This document shows positions 37,712 to 50,109 of a DNA stretch of 64,000 nt, piece by piece. Under the pieces are notes generated by a model. The model searched no databases. It was given only the letters and a program-made list of their open reading frames with translations, and was not told the DNA's origin. This stretch comes from Eremomyces bilateralis CBS 781.70 (lineage: Eukaryota): assembly GCA_010015585.1 (NCBI GenBank), contig ML975163.1; one strand, written 5' to 3'. Positions within the stretch are counted from its first letter, which is position 1. The number at the start of each line of letters is the position of its first letter. The position numbers and the translations under genes are program-made.

Positions 37712-38598
37712 ATGGCGATAGCCCGTACGTCCATCCAGCGGGGTGATCGCAAGCCTTCAAATCACATACCCGAAACTAACCAGATTACCAGGCCCCCTTC
37801 TAAGCTTCCTCGCGCTCTTCTTCCTTGCCGGTACCGTCCTCTTCCAGTTCCTTGTCATCCTCTCCGGCGCCGTCGAACACTCTCCGGAGAACAAATTCTT
37901 CTTCCTTCAATCCACCACCGATGGCATCCCGACGTCGATGAATCCCGCTCGCTGGACCTTCTTCGCCCTCTGCGGCGTCAACGACAAGGGGCACAATGCG
38001 AACTGCGAGAAGACCCGCCCGGCCTTCCCATTTGACCCGCCGAATGCCAGGAACTTCGGGACCAACACTGGAATCCCGCATGACTTTATCGGCACGAACC
38101 ACTATTTCCTGATGAGTCGGTTTATGTTCGTGTTTTATCTCATCGCGCTGTTCTTCGCGGTCGTGAGCCTGTTCACGGGGTTGCTGGCCCTGTGCACGCG
38201 GATCGGCGCGTATTTGTCGGCCCTGAATGCGATGATCGCGCTGTTCTTCCAGACCATCACGGCGTGTCTAATGACGTATGTATCTACTATGGTTGGTTAA
38301 AGTAAGCTGGAGAGAAATACTGACTCGATTCAGTGCGTGGACTGTTCAAGCCCGAAATGCCTGGAACAAAACTGGCCGCCATGCAAGGCTGGGCGTCAAA
38401 TCGGCCGCTCTTACCTGGACTTCCGTCGCGCTTCTGTTCCTCACCACGCTGCTGTTCTGCATCGCCGGAGCAACCGGAAAGCGTGAAAAGAAACATGCAT
38501 CGGCAGGACGAGGCGTCTTCCGGAAACGAAGCGAGAAGAATCGAGGTAGCTTCTATGAGACGGAAAGCCAGAGGCGGGTCAGGGATAGCTACTCATAG
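37712..38598 (+). CDS. SUR7: SUR7/PalI family tetraspan membrane protein (eisosome)
   Basis: Exons 37712-37724, 37792-38275, 38334-38598; ARWTFFALCG..C..PAFPFDPP..NFGT loop and four TM segments. Confidence 0.88.
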
Positions 38599-39156
38599 AG
38601 TAGTGTAACAGTCGATGCGGGAGTCATCCTGGTTGGAGAAAAGTGAGGCCAGAAGATACTCTGCGTTTGGGTCAATAGGGTGTAAAAGAACTTTGATTTG
38701 GACCGGTGGTGATCTGACATGGGATGAGGGGCATAAGATGCGGGAGATCTGTCGAGATCCCACAAAGGTTATGCGCCTAACGGCGTTGGAAGAACAGATC
38801 TCTAGGCAGGTGTTGGTTGTGTACTATATGGCGCTTATGTGGAGACGTAAATTTTAATAATAATTTAAATCCCGAAATCTTTATTCCGCAATTGGCGTGC
38901 TCAGTGTGTATGGAGGTATCTATCATGAATTCGAATCTCGAACGATATACTTGCGTCACGGTCCAACTCGCCCGCCGTGCCACCGACATCTTCAACCACA
39001 TCTGTTGCATCGAAAGTGTTCAAAAGATTCAATTGCTTCGATTCTTAGCAGAAGATACGTCCGCGATGATCATTTCACTTATCCCGTGGCCTTGCTACAC
39101 TGGTTGAGACCATCATCAGGTGCTCAATATGCATGAACCAAACAGTTCATTTCGGC

Positions 39157-40090
39157 ATGAACATTCAACAGACACGAAGGTTCGCGCACATCTCGGTCGA
39201 CCCCGAAATGAATAGTAGATTCTGACCACGAGCACAGTGTCACCCGCGCGGAGCTCTTCTCCGGCGATGAAATCCCCAAACCAAACCCCGATGTCTCCGA
39301 CATCGAGCTCGAAGATGCTGTATTAACCCGTCGCATCGACTTCGAAGAATTTCGACCACCCACCTCATCCAACCTTGGCGAGGATGCCCAACTCCCAGAA
39401 CCCGACGCCGACGAGTTCGAATTCCGTCTCTTTGCACCACAGAAGCCCAAAGAAACGTCTTCGGGACTCCAGTCCTCGGGCCCGTCTGCTTCGAAAATCC
39501 GGATCGCGTCCCCGGAACCCCTAGCAGGCGACGGGGCCATTCTAACAGCACGAGACCAATCGCACTACTTCACCTCCCCGCCGACACCACAGCGCAAAGC
39601 TGAATTGCGAAGCGCTGCGGTGACAGGGGATGTCGTCCGGGAGTGGGCGCAGGAGCGGTGGCCGGGGTCGGAGCTCTCGTGGCGGGTTGAGAAACTCGTC
39701 GTGGGGAAGGGAACATTGAAGCGAATGGCTCGGTCTGAGGCGCATGGTGCTTGGGATATTAGTCAAGTTGCACCCGACGCGATCAAGGGCGGGAAGGGCG
39801 AATCAACCGAAGTGCCTCCTGCGAGCGACTTTACACCCTATCACAAGCGACCGGGGAAGAAGAAGCGGATCAAGATCCGCATGCGGATTCGTGCTGCGGA
39901 AGTGGGGAAAGAGGAGAAGGCGAAGAAAGACGAGGAGGAGCGGGAGAAGAAGACGAGGAGGAATCGGGAGAAGAAGGTGAAGAAAAAGATGAGGGACAAG
40001 CTGAAGAAGACACAGGAAGGGGAAGCGGAAGGAGAAGGTGGAGAGGAAGCGAATGGAGGGGGAGAAGACGATGTCATGGAAGAAACGTAA
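39157..40090 (+). CDS. Conserved fungal protein, DUF2011-like, with basic C-terminus
   Basis: Exon 39157-39179, intron 39180-39237, exon 39238-40090; EFEFRLF, AVTG..WPG..WRV, RPGKKKR, EKKTRRNREKKVKKK. Confidence 0.75.
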
Positions 40091-40658
40091 CGTATACAGT
40101 GGCTGGTCAATATCCGTCTGTGAACCTTCATTCAGCAAGGAGTCCAAGTCCATGTCATTAACTATTTGAATGCTGTGCTTGGAGATTCTAGTAGTTGGGG
40201 ATTGGGAACATCCGCCTAACAAAATGCTGGAGTCCTCGTTGATCAATACGCATCCCATCCATCCTAACGTTTCCGTGTCGGTGATATGGACGCTGAAGCC
40301 GACCACTGCCGTACCGGGGCGCGGTCTATCGATAGTATGGTTCTAGGCCTACGGCCTGGTGCCCTGAAGTGCTAGTTACGCAACTAGGCTAGCTGTCAAC
40401 GTCTTGAACTGTTCAACATCATACACGTATAAGTTACATAGTTCTTCTTCTTTAGCTTTATGATAAATGAAAGTGGTTCTCGCCATCTTCGCGGTCAAAC
40501 CGTCTCACAAAGCCGCCTATGCCCCGGCTCTTGTACCCCTTTCAGTTGCTTGAGGTGCGTCACGCTCCGTTCTGACCGTCATATGATACTGAAGTTCCTC
40601 TACGATGTCACCCCATCCAAGCTTTACTACCGTAGAGACTAGTGTTAGTGTTACCGTG

Positions 40659-41156
40659 TCACGCTCTCGTCGCTTTTAGATTCTGGGTTGGCATCTTCAC
40701 GCAGAAGTGTCCTGACAACCTCAATATGGTGTATTCAACAGCCTTAGAGAGTGTTTTTCTTCCACCGTGATACCGTTGTTCTAGATGAACCGACCCACTC
40801 GACATGAGAGCCTCTACGTCGAAGAATACGCAAACGTTGCTCGGAACTCGAGGTGACCGAACTTCTTCTAGGTGCTTGGCCAAGAAGAACGACAGCATCA
40901 TTTTACCACAGCCAGGATGTCCTGCAAGCCAGAGCAGCGCAATTTCCGTCTTCTCAACCCAAGAGACAAATTTTGGATGGCCCAGAATCCAGTGGCATGT
41001 GCTCTTAACTGCTGTAGGCAACATTCTTAGGTGGTCCGCCACATCAAAGACACTGAATTGTTTCATACAAGTCTCTTCAGAGTCGTCGAGAGTTAGAAGT
41101 AGCCAGGGATTCGAGACTTGGATCATAGTTAGGACAACTCTACTGAATTGTTCCAA
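40659..41156 (-). pseudogene. Truncated NACHT-domain (fungal NLR-type) gene relic
   Basis: STCHWILGHPKFVSWV..LLWLAGHPGCGKMMLSFFL..VCVFF is the typical NACHT N-terminal segment plus Walker A, but similarity stops before Walker B; GK[T/S] is replaced by GKM. Confidence 0.75.
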
Positions 41157-41172
41157 AGGTGATATTGACGGC

Positions 41173-41237
41173 TCGCGTCAAAGTGCAGTTCCACGTGACC
41201 TGACCCAAGCGCGTCACTGGGCTCCGACGCGACGCGT
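41173..41237 (+). promoter_or_regulatory. MCB-like (CGCG core) cell-cycle elements in the RFC4 promoter
   Basis: TCGCGT 41173, GCGCGT 41209, ACGCGA 41227, ACGCGT 41232, plus CACGTG 41192. Confidence 0.6.
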
Positions 41238-41319
41238 CTGCAGTTTGCACTCATATTGAAATTCAGATTGAAACTCACTTTCAACGACATCATCAGCTCC
41301 TAAAATAGCACCAAACAAC

Positions 41320-42594
41320 ATGGCAAAGGCAGAATCATCCGCTGCAGCGGCCGGAAACAAGGCGCGGGCGACTACCACTAATTCTAGCCCCGATTACGAG
41401 CTCCCGTGGTCCGTCACAGCACTGTCTCTGTTATCGAAAGCCGCGCACGCTAACCAAGAGCAAAAGGGTTGAGAAATACCGGCCAATCTACCTCGACGAT
41501 ATCGTTGGCAATACAGAGACGATCGAGAGGTTAAAGATCATTGCCAAAGATGGCAACATGCCGCATCTCATTATATCAGGCATGCCAGGGATTGGAAAAA
41601 CCACCTCTATTCTCTGTCTCGCGAGACAGATGCTTGGGGATGCATACAAAGAAGCCGTCCTGGAACTGAACGCAAGTGACGAGCGTGGTATTGATGTTGT
41701 TCGAGGCAAGATCAAGGGCTTTGCACAGAAGAAGGTGACTTTGCCTCCTGGAAGGCATAAGCTCATCATTTTGGACGAGGGGGATAGGTATTCCTTTAGC
41801 ATCTCATTCATCCTCTGCAATGGCCACTGACACGTCTTCAGCATGACCTCTGGAGCCCAACAAGCCCTCCGCCGCACCATGGAAATCTACTCCTCCACTA
41901 CCCGTTTCGCCTTCGCCTGCAACCAATCGAACAAGATCATCGAGCCCTTACAGTCCCGTTGCGCGATCCTGCGATATGCCCGGCTTACCGACATGCAGGT
42001 CGCGAAACGCATCAAAGCGATCGCGGAGGCGGAGAAGGTCGAAGTCTCGGACGACGGGCTAGCGGCGCTGATATTCTCTGCGGAAGGGGATATGAGACAA
42101 GCGATCAACAACCTGCAGAGCACACATGCCGGGTTCGGGTTCGTCAGCGGAGATAATGTGTTCAAGGTCGTAGATAGCCCACATCCGGTGAAGGTGCAGG
42201 CGATGGTTAAGGCCTGTTATGAGGGGAAGGTGGAGGAGGCACTAGAGAAGCTGAAGGAGTTGTGGTACGTTTGCCTCTACATATCCTCGAGGTCTGACCC
42301 TAATGCTTGTAGGGATCTCGGATACTCTTGTCACGATATCATCAGCACGATGTTCAAAGTGACGAAGTCCATACCAAATCTCTCCGAGCATACGAAGCTG
42401 GAGTTCATCAAGGTATTTGAGTCCGAACCAGTAAAACACCCCTCGGAACACTAACTCGTCCTTAGGAAATCGGCTTCACCCACATGAGGATCCTCGAAGG
42501 AGTCCAAACCTACCTGCAACTGGCGGGATGCATCTCCAAGTTATGCCGAATCAACATGAAGCCAAGTCTCTTCGCAGTCAAACGAGCCACATGA
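41320..42594 (+). CDS. RFC4: Replication factor C small subunit (yeast Rfc4 / human RFC2 type)
   Basis: Exons 41320-41408, 41467-41787, 41842-42264, 42313-42412, 42466-42594; [47 protein letters not shown]. Confidence 0.96.
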
Positions 42595-44073
42595 TAGCGA
42601 CGACGGTTTTCGTTCATTCCAGGTATTTTGCTTCTGTCCGTATGCATAGCGCCGGAGTCTAAAGGGGTTCACGCTCTCACGTCAAATATACATACTCTCA
42701 TATACGTGTGAAAGTCATCTAACCACAACATTTCTGGGTTCCACGAATCCGAAAGGAAGCACATAAAATGAGTGCGCCAACTTTTACCCCAAACATCAAA
42801 CATGTGAAGTCCGTATCCCACCCGCAATTCCACATGCCATCAGCAAGTTAGCACCCGATCCTGCATAACATTTAGGCCCTTCCAGCCTAGTTTAGTTGGC
42901 GAGAACGCGGGGCGCCCGCATGCAGGCAATCCGCCGACCCGCCGAGACGATCCAACATTTAGCGATGGTGGCGCCCAATCGGGCTGACCGCTTCCCCCAA
43001 GTTTACCGCATGCCCCAGTCTGCTGATCGGAATTCGGACGAGTCGACGAGAGCCTCTGGCCCCCAAGACCCAAATGTTCTAGTTTGGGAAGCTCGCATGT
43101 GAAAACAAAGGCTCATGATATTCTAAAGGTCTGGCAAGCTCAAGCTGAGCTTGGCTGCTCTGGTGTGGTAGGATAAGAGCATGTGGTGGTTTTCAAATCT
43201 GCTCACAATGTTGCTAGAAATTCGGGACGTCGATTTGAAGTGCTCTTTGTCATGCTACAATTGTACTCGAGTCGCGATTTCAACGTGCCTGTACCACATC
43301 CGCCATCCCACTTGTTGGTTCCTGGTGTCCGATCGATGAGACAACTGCATTTGATAGGAGCCGCACCGCGACTCCCGACATCTGGAACAAAGCGCTTGTC
43401 GGTTGTCCTGTCCGACGTTGCTCGGATTTCGAGTTTAAGGAACGCTCCGAGACGGTAGTCCGATACTACGGAAACGGTAGGTTTTCCTCTCAAAAGTCAA
43501 AAAGCCACATCTCCCAAAATCCGGTCCATTTTCGAAATTATATTCAGAGAGGACGTGCCATTCATTCCGGTACTGGTCCACAAGTCCAAAGCAAGGACCG
43601 CTGTACTTTAGGGTGACGTACTCTACCGAGGCTGCGAGGCTAGATCGCGAGCAAGCCATAGATGATAGACTTCATTTCAGATTTCAGACGACAGCACATC
43701 AATCGAACACCTATTGTGAAGTTGTAATACGGTTTTTGGATCGCCACGATATCCAGTGCTGGTGCAATCATACCTTTCCTGAGTTCATTCCAATGCATCA
43801 ATCCAGTATCTATCCCAATCAGCTCTCCAATAAAGCCATACGTAGCACTTGGGAAAGCCGGCGGTCTCATTGGCCGGCCCCATCGGATCCCCCCCATTTC
43901 ATATACCTTGGATTCGGCCCCGAACTAACCTAGCCCCGGCGTGGCACCGGAATAGATTGCGTCTTTCGCATCTTGTTCCGAGAGGCGGCTGCAATCCCGC
44001 ACGTCTGCAACGGCGACAAGGTTCGTTTGGCCCCAAATCCTCAATAAGTGACCCGCATTCATGACATTCCTCG

Positions 44074-44090
44074 CCTCGGTACCGCCGAGG
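44074..44090. promoter_or_regulatory. Inverted pair of CCTCGG/CCGAGG sites (FarA/Ctf1-type fatty-acid response)
   Basis: CCTCGG-TACCG-CCGAGG about 300 bp upstream of the acyl-CoA synthetase ATG; another CCGAGG at 43626. Confidence 0.6.
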
Positions 44091-44384
44091 CATCATGTTT
44101 GGTCGAGATTGGCCAAGTTTATGGAACACTTTTAGCTAACCTGCCCTAATGACCTTCTAGAAGTCCTCTCTCTTCTCGTGATTCTTGCGAGGTTTCTTTC
44201 TTTTGGGTCCTTCTTCGTCGGTCGTTCCATCATTTTTGGTCTACCAGTACTCCGTCGTGTTCTGTCGAGGCAAGGCGTCATCTCGCCCCAACATCCGGAC
44301 GATATCGAAGTTGCATACTCAGCCGCTCTCCACCGGTGCAATAAGAATTAGACAGAACGGAAAACACAGAGCTCAAAAGACAAG

Positions 44385-46780
44385 ATGCCGCTGATAGGTG
44401 TTCATAACCCCGCGATCGAAAACGCGAAGGCCTTCCAGGCACCGCCGAAACCTGGCGCGCCGTACAGCGTGCCAATTGCGGGCACAGCGCGCCCTGGACG
44501 AACACCCATCTATCGACACTTCCGGTTCCAGGACAAATTGTTGGAAACTTTCGATCCAGAGGTAAGGGAGAATGAGGGACATTGGTAGGAAACTCCGAGG
44601 AAACTGACCGTTCGCATCCAGGTCCGGACGATCCACGACTCTTTCGAGGTTTCATGTAGGCATTCTATTTCGCGAGTGATGAAGCATCGGAAACTAACAT
44701 GGCGTAGCGAAGCTATACCCGACCAACCGATGCCTGGGCTATCGTCCATGGGATCCAAAGTCGAGGACGTTCGGCGACTACCTCTGGGAAAGCTATAAGC
44801 AGATTGCCGAGAGGAGAAATAACTTCGGGTCGGGTATCGTGCAGCTGCACAAGGAGCTTGGCGTGACGGATGCGAAGTACGGTGTTGGCTTGTTCTGCAA
44901 CAATCGCCCCGAGTGGCAGATCACTGGTAGGAGATGGATTTCTTGTAGCCGTATTAGTTGAACATGGAAGGAGGCTCACCATGCACAGATCTCGGATGCA
45001 TGAGCCAAGGGCTCTATACCGTCTCCATCTACGACACCCTCGGACCCAGCGCGACCGAATACATCATCAACCATGCCAGCCTCAACTGCGTCGTTACCTC
45101 TCTCAACCACATTCCCGCGCTTCTCCAGATCAAGGCCTCCGCCGACCTCCCGCAATTCCGGTTAATCATCTCGCTCGAGCCCCTCGATACGGGCGATATC
45201 CCCGGCCACTCCAAACGCGACATCCTCGCCGCCTTCGCCTCCAAAGTCGGCATCAAGATCATTACCATGGCGGAAGTCGAGGCTCTTGGCGCATTGAAGC
45301 CGCTGGCTCCTAACCCGCCTGCGCCGACCGACCTCATCACCATCAACTACACCTCCGGCACCACCGGCGATCCCAAAGGCGTTATGCTCACTCACTCAGC
45401 CGCTGTCTCTGCCACAGCTGCATCGATGACCTCCGTCGAGCAGTCGCCACAGGACATCATCTGCTCCTTCTTGCCGCTGGCGCATATCTACCAACGTATT
45501 GGCGAGCACTGTGCGCTGTGGGCCGGCGCCGCCATTGGGTACTTCCACGGCAATGTCGCAGAGCTCGTCGACGATTTGAAGTTGATCCGGCCGACGGCCT
45601 TCTCCGGTGTCCCGCGACTATACAATCGGTTCGGGTCCGCGATCAAGGCGGCTTCGGTCCAGGCGCCGGGTTTCCGCGGCACCCTCTCGAACTACGTCAT
45701 CAACACAAAGACGGCGAACCTCGCACGGCCGGAAGGCGGCAAGGATGGCGAGCCGACGAACAAGCACGCGGTCTGGGATCGCGTCTGGGGTCGCAAGGTG
45801 GCTGCCGCTTTGGGACTTGACCGCTGCAGGACCATGATCTCGGGTAGCGCGCCGATCGACCCGACATTGCACCAATTCCTCCGGGTCGTCTTCGCGAACA
45901 ACTTCCTGCAAGGCTACGGTCTCACCGAGACGTACGCCTGCAGTCTCATTCAGGTGCCTGGCGACCTCTCCGCCGGCAACTGCGGTGCCGTCTCACCCTG
46001 TATCGAGGCGGTCCTCCGCGACGTGGAGGACATGGGATATACGACGGCCGACAAGCCTCACCCGCGCGGTGAACTCTGGCTACGAGGGAACAGCCGACTC
46101 GTGGCGTACTACAAGAACGACGCCGAGACGGCGAAGGCGATCGACGAAGATGGCTGGTTCCGCACCGGAGATATCTGCGAGATCGATTCTCGCGGCCGAT
46201 TCAAGGTGATCGACCGCGCGAAGAACGTGCTGAAGCTCGCGCAGGGCGAGTACGTCTCCCCCGAGCGCATCGAGAACGTGTTCTTGGCGAACCTGGGCTG
46301 GTTGATGACGGCGTTTGTCCACGGCGATTCAACCGAGAGCAGCCTGGTGGGGATTTTCGGCGTCGATCCGGCGCCGTTCGCGGCGTGGGCCAGCGCGGCG
46401 CTGAAGGAGAACATCAGTGGCGAGGATATCAACGCTTTGAGAGGAACTTTGAAGAGGCCGGATGTCCGGGAGAAGGTGGTTGCGGAGTTGAGGAAGGTGG
46501 CGCGGAAGTCGAAGTTGAATAGGTTTGAAGAGTGCAAGGGGGTGCGACTCCATTTGGAGCCGTTTACGGTGGACAATGGGTTATTGACACCAACGTATGT
46601 TGTCCCTCTGCCTGGAGAAACTGCCTATTTGCACTTGAGCGCTGACTAACATGGCTGAATAGGCTCAAACTCAAGCGACCGCAGACAGCGAAGACATTCC
46701 GAACCGATATCGATGACATGTATGCGGAGATCGCGGCCGAAGATGCGAAGAAGCCGCAAAAGCTGTTGGCAAAGTTGTAA
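44385..46780 (+). CDS. Long-chain fatty acyl-CoA synthetase, peroxisomal (Faa2/FaaB-like)
   Basis: Exons 44385-44561, 44622-44655, 44708-44926, 44989-46594, 46663-46780; YTSGTTGDPKG, QGYGLTE, GWFRTGD, IDRAKNVLKLAQGEYVSPE; ends in AKL (PTS1). Confidence 0.93.
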
Positions 46781-47572
46781 AAATGTCTGCTTTAAAGGGC
46801 GTGTTTGAGGCGATGGAGGGGAAGTGGAAGTTGCAGTTTTGTGAACCGTCTTAGGAGTTGCACCAACTGCGGGTACCACTCGCTGATATTTGTCATGGAA
46901 TCCTTCCCCATTTCCTGTGTACGGCCATGTTTGTAGAATTTAGTGAACAGTTGAGGACAAAGTTAGGTAGTTGGCGATTCAGGAGATCACTTATCAGTGG
47001 ACAGAATAGCCGAGGGTCGCTATGAACCAGACCGATATCCCGATATACAGCGCACGTGTAGTATGATGAGTGATTTGATAACAGCTCGTATTAGCATGGA
47101 AACCGGGACTTTGATTAGTTACTGAAGACTGGGTATTTCCATTTTGACACCAATTTGACACCAAACATGTATTGTACTACAATTGAAGCGTTTAAAGATT
47201 GATATGGAACGGGGAGCTTATGATTGCCATTATGGCATCGGATGTCAGCATGTGGCGGAGCTGCTCTTAACCCGGCTCCCATGACTGCTCAACACCATCT
47301 CAGCTATACTTAGTTTGATAGTCAACATCCCTCAATACACGTCCATTCAACGAATCGTCAGTTCGATACTTCTTCTAGGACGTTGTGACGTACTGTCCAT
47401 GGACGCGACGGTCGGATAACTGTCCTTGTTCTCTAACGGCATCGACCCCGTCACTCATTTGCGCGATGAGAACAGCTGCTCAGCGGACCTGACCTTCACT
47501 CCTGGCTGCGAACACCTTCTTTAGAACCGAGAGAACCTTGCGTCCATTCATTACCATGTCCCTATCGCAAAG

Positions 47573-49621
47573 ATGATACTTGTTCCCAAAAGCAGCGGGC
47601 ATAGGCCTCTCACAGGTCGCTCACCCCTCTCGTACCTCGCCCTCTCCTTGTCCTTCCTTGCGCACGTCCAAAGCGCCCATGCCAGCGAGTCCGATTCGAT
47701 AACCGGGTCTAAAAATGGAGAGAGAATACGAGACATGATCCATGAGGTGGACTGGGGTGGAGGCGGCGGCAGTGCGATTTTGATAGAGGCCGTTTCAATA
47801 CTCGGTTTGGGAGGAGGGAAGCAACCGGAGGTTGAACCGGCGGCACATCTGCAATACGACACCGCATTCCCGAATCTCGCGCTGGATAAGAGCGCTCTTG
47901 GGGAGCGACAACTGGGATTCTTGAACCTCCCGAACAACATCCCCGAGAAATTAAACATCTCGCCAGGCGAAACGGTGTATTACGTGGTGCAAAACGAAAC
48001 GGTATGGGGGCCGCCTGGGACTGCTGGAGTCGGGCTCCCGTCGCCGATCGACAGACGGCGAGATGTGGGTGATAGTCCAGATGAAGCACACACGGAGTTA
48101 AGACGAAGGCAAACATCGACGAAGACAGTCTGGTTGTCGATGAACACCTGCCAACAACCAACGACAAACCAGACGCTGAGCGCCGCGCCACCTCAGCTTA
48201 CCATGTACGTCTCGACGTCCGACGGCAACCAGAAACCCGGCCCGGATGTCACCAGCGAAGAGCAGGAAGTCATCGCGCTCGTCGAAGGATTTGCCAGTGT
48301 AGCAATCCAAGCCGACAAGAATGTCTACGTCGGCGTCTCCGCCCCTTCGCTTCCCGACACCTTCACGGGGCCGTGGAACTACCAAATCGCCGCGTCGATC
48401 GACGCGCCGTTTTTCGAATCCCAGGACAACAGCTTCCTAGGCATCGTGGACACGGACACGACCTCGGCGCTGCTCGTGACGGGGAACCTCACTAGCACTG
48501 GCGCGGATCAAAAATTGAAGGACAAGTGGCTAAGCGCGGACACGCCGTTCACGATCTTCACGTACGCGGCGAATACCACGCAGGTGGACGGGGTGCGGAA
48601 CTCGTTCTGCGGGCTGGACTTGGCGAAGAAGGACGCACTGGAGGTCACAATGGGAATGACGGATCGGGGGGAGGACGATATTCCGCGGCAGCAGTTTCAT
48701 GTGAAGGGACTGCAGGGAGGAACCACGTATCACGGTCTTCTAGCCATCGAGGGCAACAGTACGGCGTTTGGACCCGGTGTCGTCGGTGGTGGAGGACGAG
48801 TTTGGCGACCAGTGAAGTTCTCTACTAAGTCCGGTTCGTATTTGCCTCTTCGATTCCTCCCATATATTCACTCAGTTGATACGCAAGCTAACCCAACCAT
48901 CCTGTTTCTAGACAGCAACTGTGCCCTCATCTTCTCCCTCCCCTTCTGCTCCTCCATCGCCTACGCCGCCCCCTCCAACCCCACCCTCTTCGCCGACCAC
49001 TCCCAGCTCGCTGCCCTCTATGACAACCGCGCCCAGGCGCTCTACAAGAACTTCAACCGCTCCCTCCAGCAGATCCCCTGCAACACCACCGACACCGCCA
49101 AGTACTCCCTCGCGCGCACCTGCGACGACTGCGCGCGCGACTACAAAGACTGGCTCTGCGCCGTCAGCATCCCGCGCTGCACGGACTTCTCCCTCGCGGT
49201 GCCGCCCAGCGACGCGCTCAGCGTGCGGCCAAGGAACATCGCGGCGCCGTACTATAATGGGTCGGAGCCGCCGGATGTGGAGCGGTTGGGGTGGGATCTG
49301 AGCTGGCGGGAGCGGCGGTTCGCGAACTCGAGTCGGAATGCGTGGATTGACGAGACGATTCGACCGGGGCCGTATAAAGAGGTGCTCCCGTGCAGCGAGA
49401 GCTGTTGGGATGTGGTGAGAAGTTGTCCGGCGAGTTTGGGGTTCAAGTGTCCTGAGGATGGGATTGGGGTGGAGTGGGGGTATGGAGAGGAGCCGGTGTG
49501 TAATCGGGTGGGGGTGTATGACATCGATGGATCCAGGGGTGCGGCGGGGCGGTTGGGTGTGGATATTCGGTGGACGTGGACGGTGGTGGGGATGTATTTG
49601 TTCATCTGGCTATGGCTTTGA
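47573..49621 (+). CDS. MID1: Mid1, regulatory subunit of the Cch1 calcium channel
   Basis: VWLSMNTCQQP, DTDTTSALLVT, NSFCG, Cys-rich NCALIFSLPFC..AYAAPSNP, QQIPC, YSLARTCDDCARDYKDWLCAVSIPRC, GPYKEVLPC; intron 48834-48911; hydrophobic C-terminus. Confidence 0.92.
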   Translation: MILVPKSSGHRPLTGRSPLSYLALSLSFLAHVQSAHASESDSITGSKNGERIRDMIHEVDWGGGGGSAILIEAVSILGLGGGKQPEVEPAAHLQYDTAFPNLALDKSALGERQLGFLNLPNNIPEKLNISPGETVYYVVQNETVWGPPGTAGVGLPSPIDRRRDVGDSPDEAHTELRRRQTSTKTVWLSMNTCQQPTTNQTLSAAPPQLTMYVSTSDGNQKPGPDVTSEEQEVIALVEGFASVAIQADKNVYVGVSAPSLPDTFTGPWNYQIAASIDAPFFESQDNSFLGIVDTDTTSALLVTGNLTSTGADQKLKDKWLSADTPFTIFTYAANTTQVDGVRNSFCGLDLAKKDALEVTMGMTDRGEDDIPRQQFHVKGLQGGTTYHGLLAIEGNSTAFGPGVVGGGGRVWRPVKFSTKSGSYLPLRFLPYIHSVDTQANPTILFLDSNCALIFSLPFCSSIAYAAPSNPTLFADHSQLAALYDNRAQALYKNFNRSLQQIPCNTTDTAKYSLARTCDDCARDYKDWLCAVSIPRCTDFSLAVPPSDALSVRPRNIAAPYYNGSEPPDVERLGWDLSWRERRFANSSRNAWIDETIRPGPYKEVLPCSESCWDVVRSCPASLGFKCPEDGIGVEWGYGEEPVCNRVGVYDIDGSRGAAGRLGVDIRWTWTVVGMYLFIWLWL

Positions 49622-50109
49622 GAAGATTGGAATGCATTGGGTGGTGTTCAGGAGGGTTGCGTCGGTTGATCGGGATATAGCGAGGAGTCACGCGGTGTAC
49701 ATGTGTAGATGAGGGTCTGTTCATCAGCGGAAAATTCATAAACCTCCCGTCAAAAATCTAGTCGTACAGTTACTTCAACGCCCATGCCATGCGTGCCAGT
49801 ATTTGCGCCACGCTTGTAATGCATCTCTCTGACTCCCTTGCGGCTCTCCTCGATTCAAGCCAACTTTGAGCTCATACTCTGTACGTAAACCCAAAACGCC
49901 GCGTCCAAAGCATAGAAGAATGGAATTGCCACTCGACAGCCATAGCTGTCAATATGTGATGCCCGAGGACTCACTCCATATTTCAGAGGGGAGGAAGCCA
50001 GTGGTCCCTTGCCGCGCCTCAACGTCGCATACGGCCTCAGTCCATGTCTTCGCCCTCCATCCCAACCTCACGCAAGCCAGTTCCGCCCACGAAACCCCGC
50101 CACCATCAA

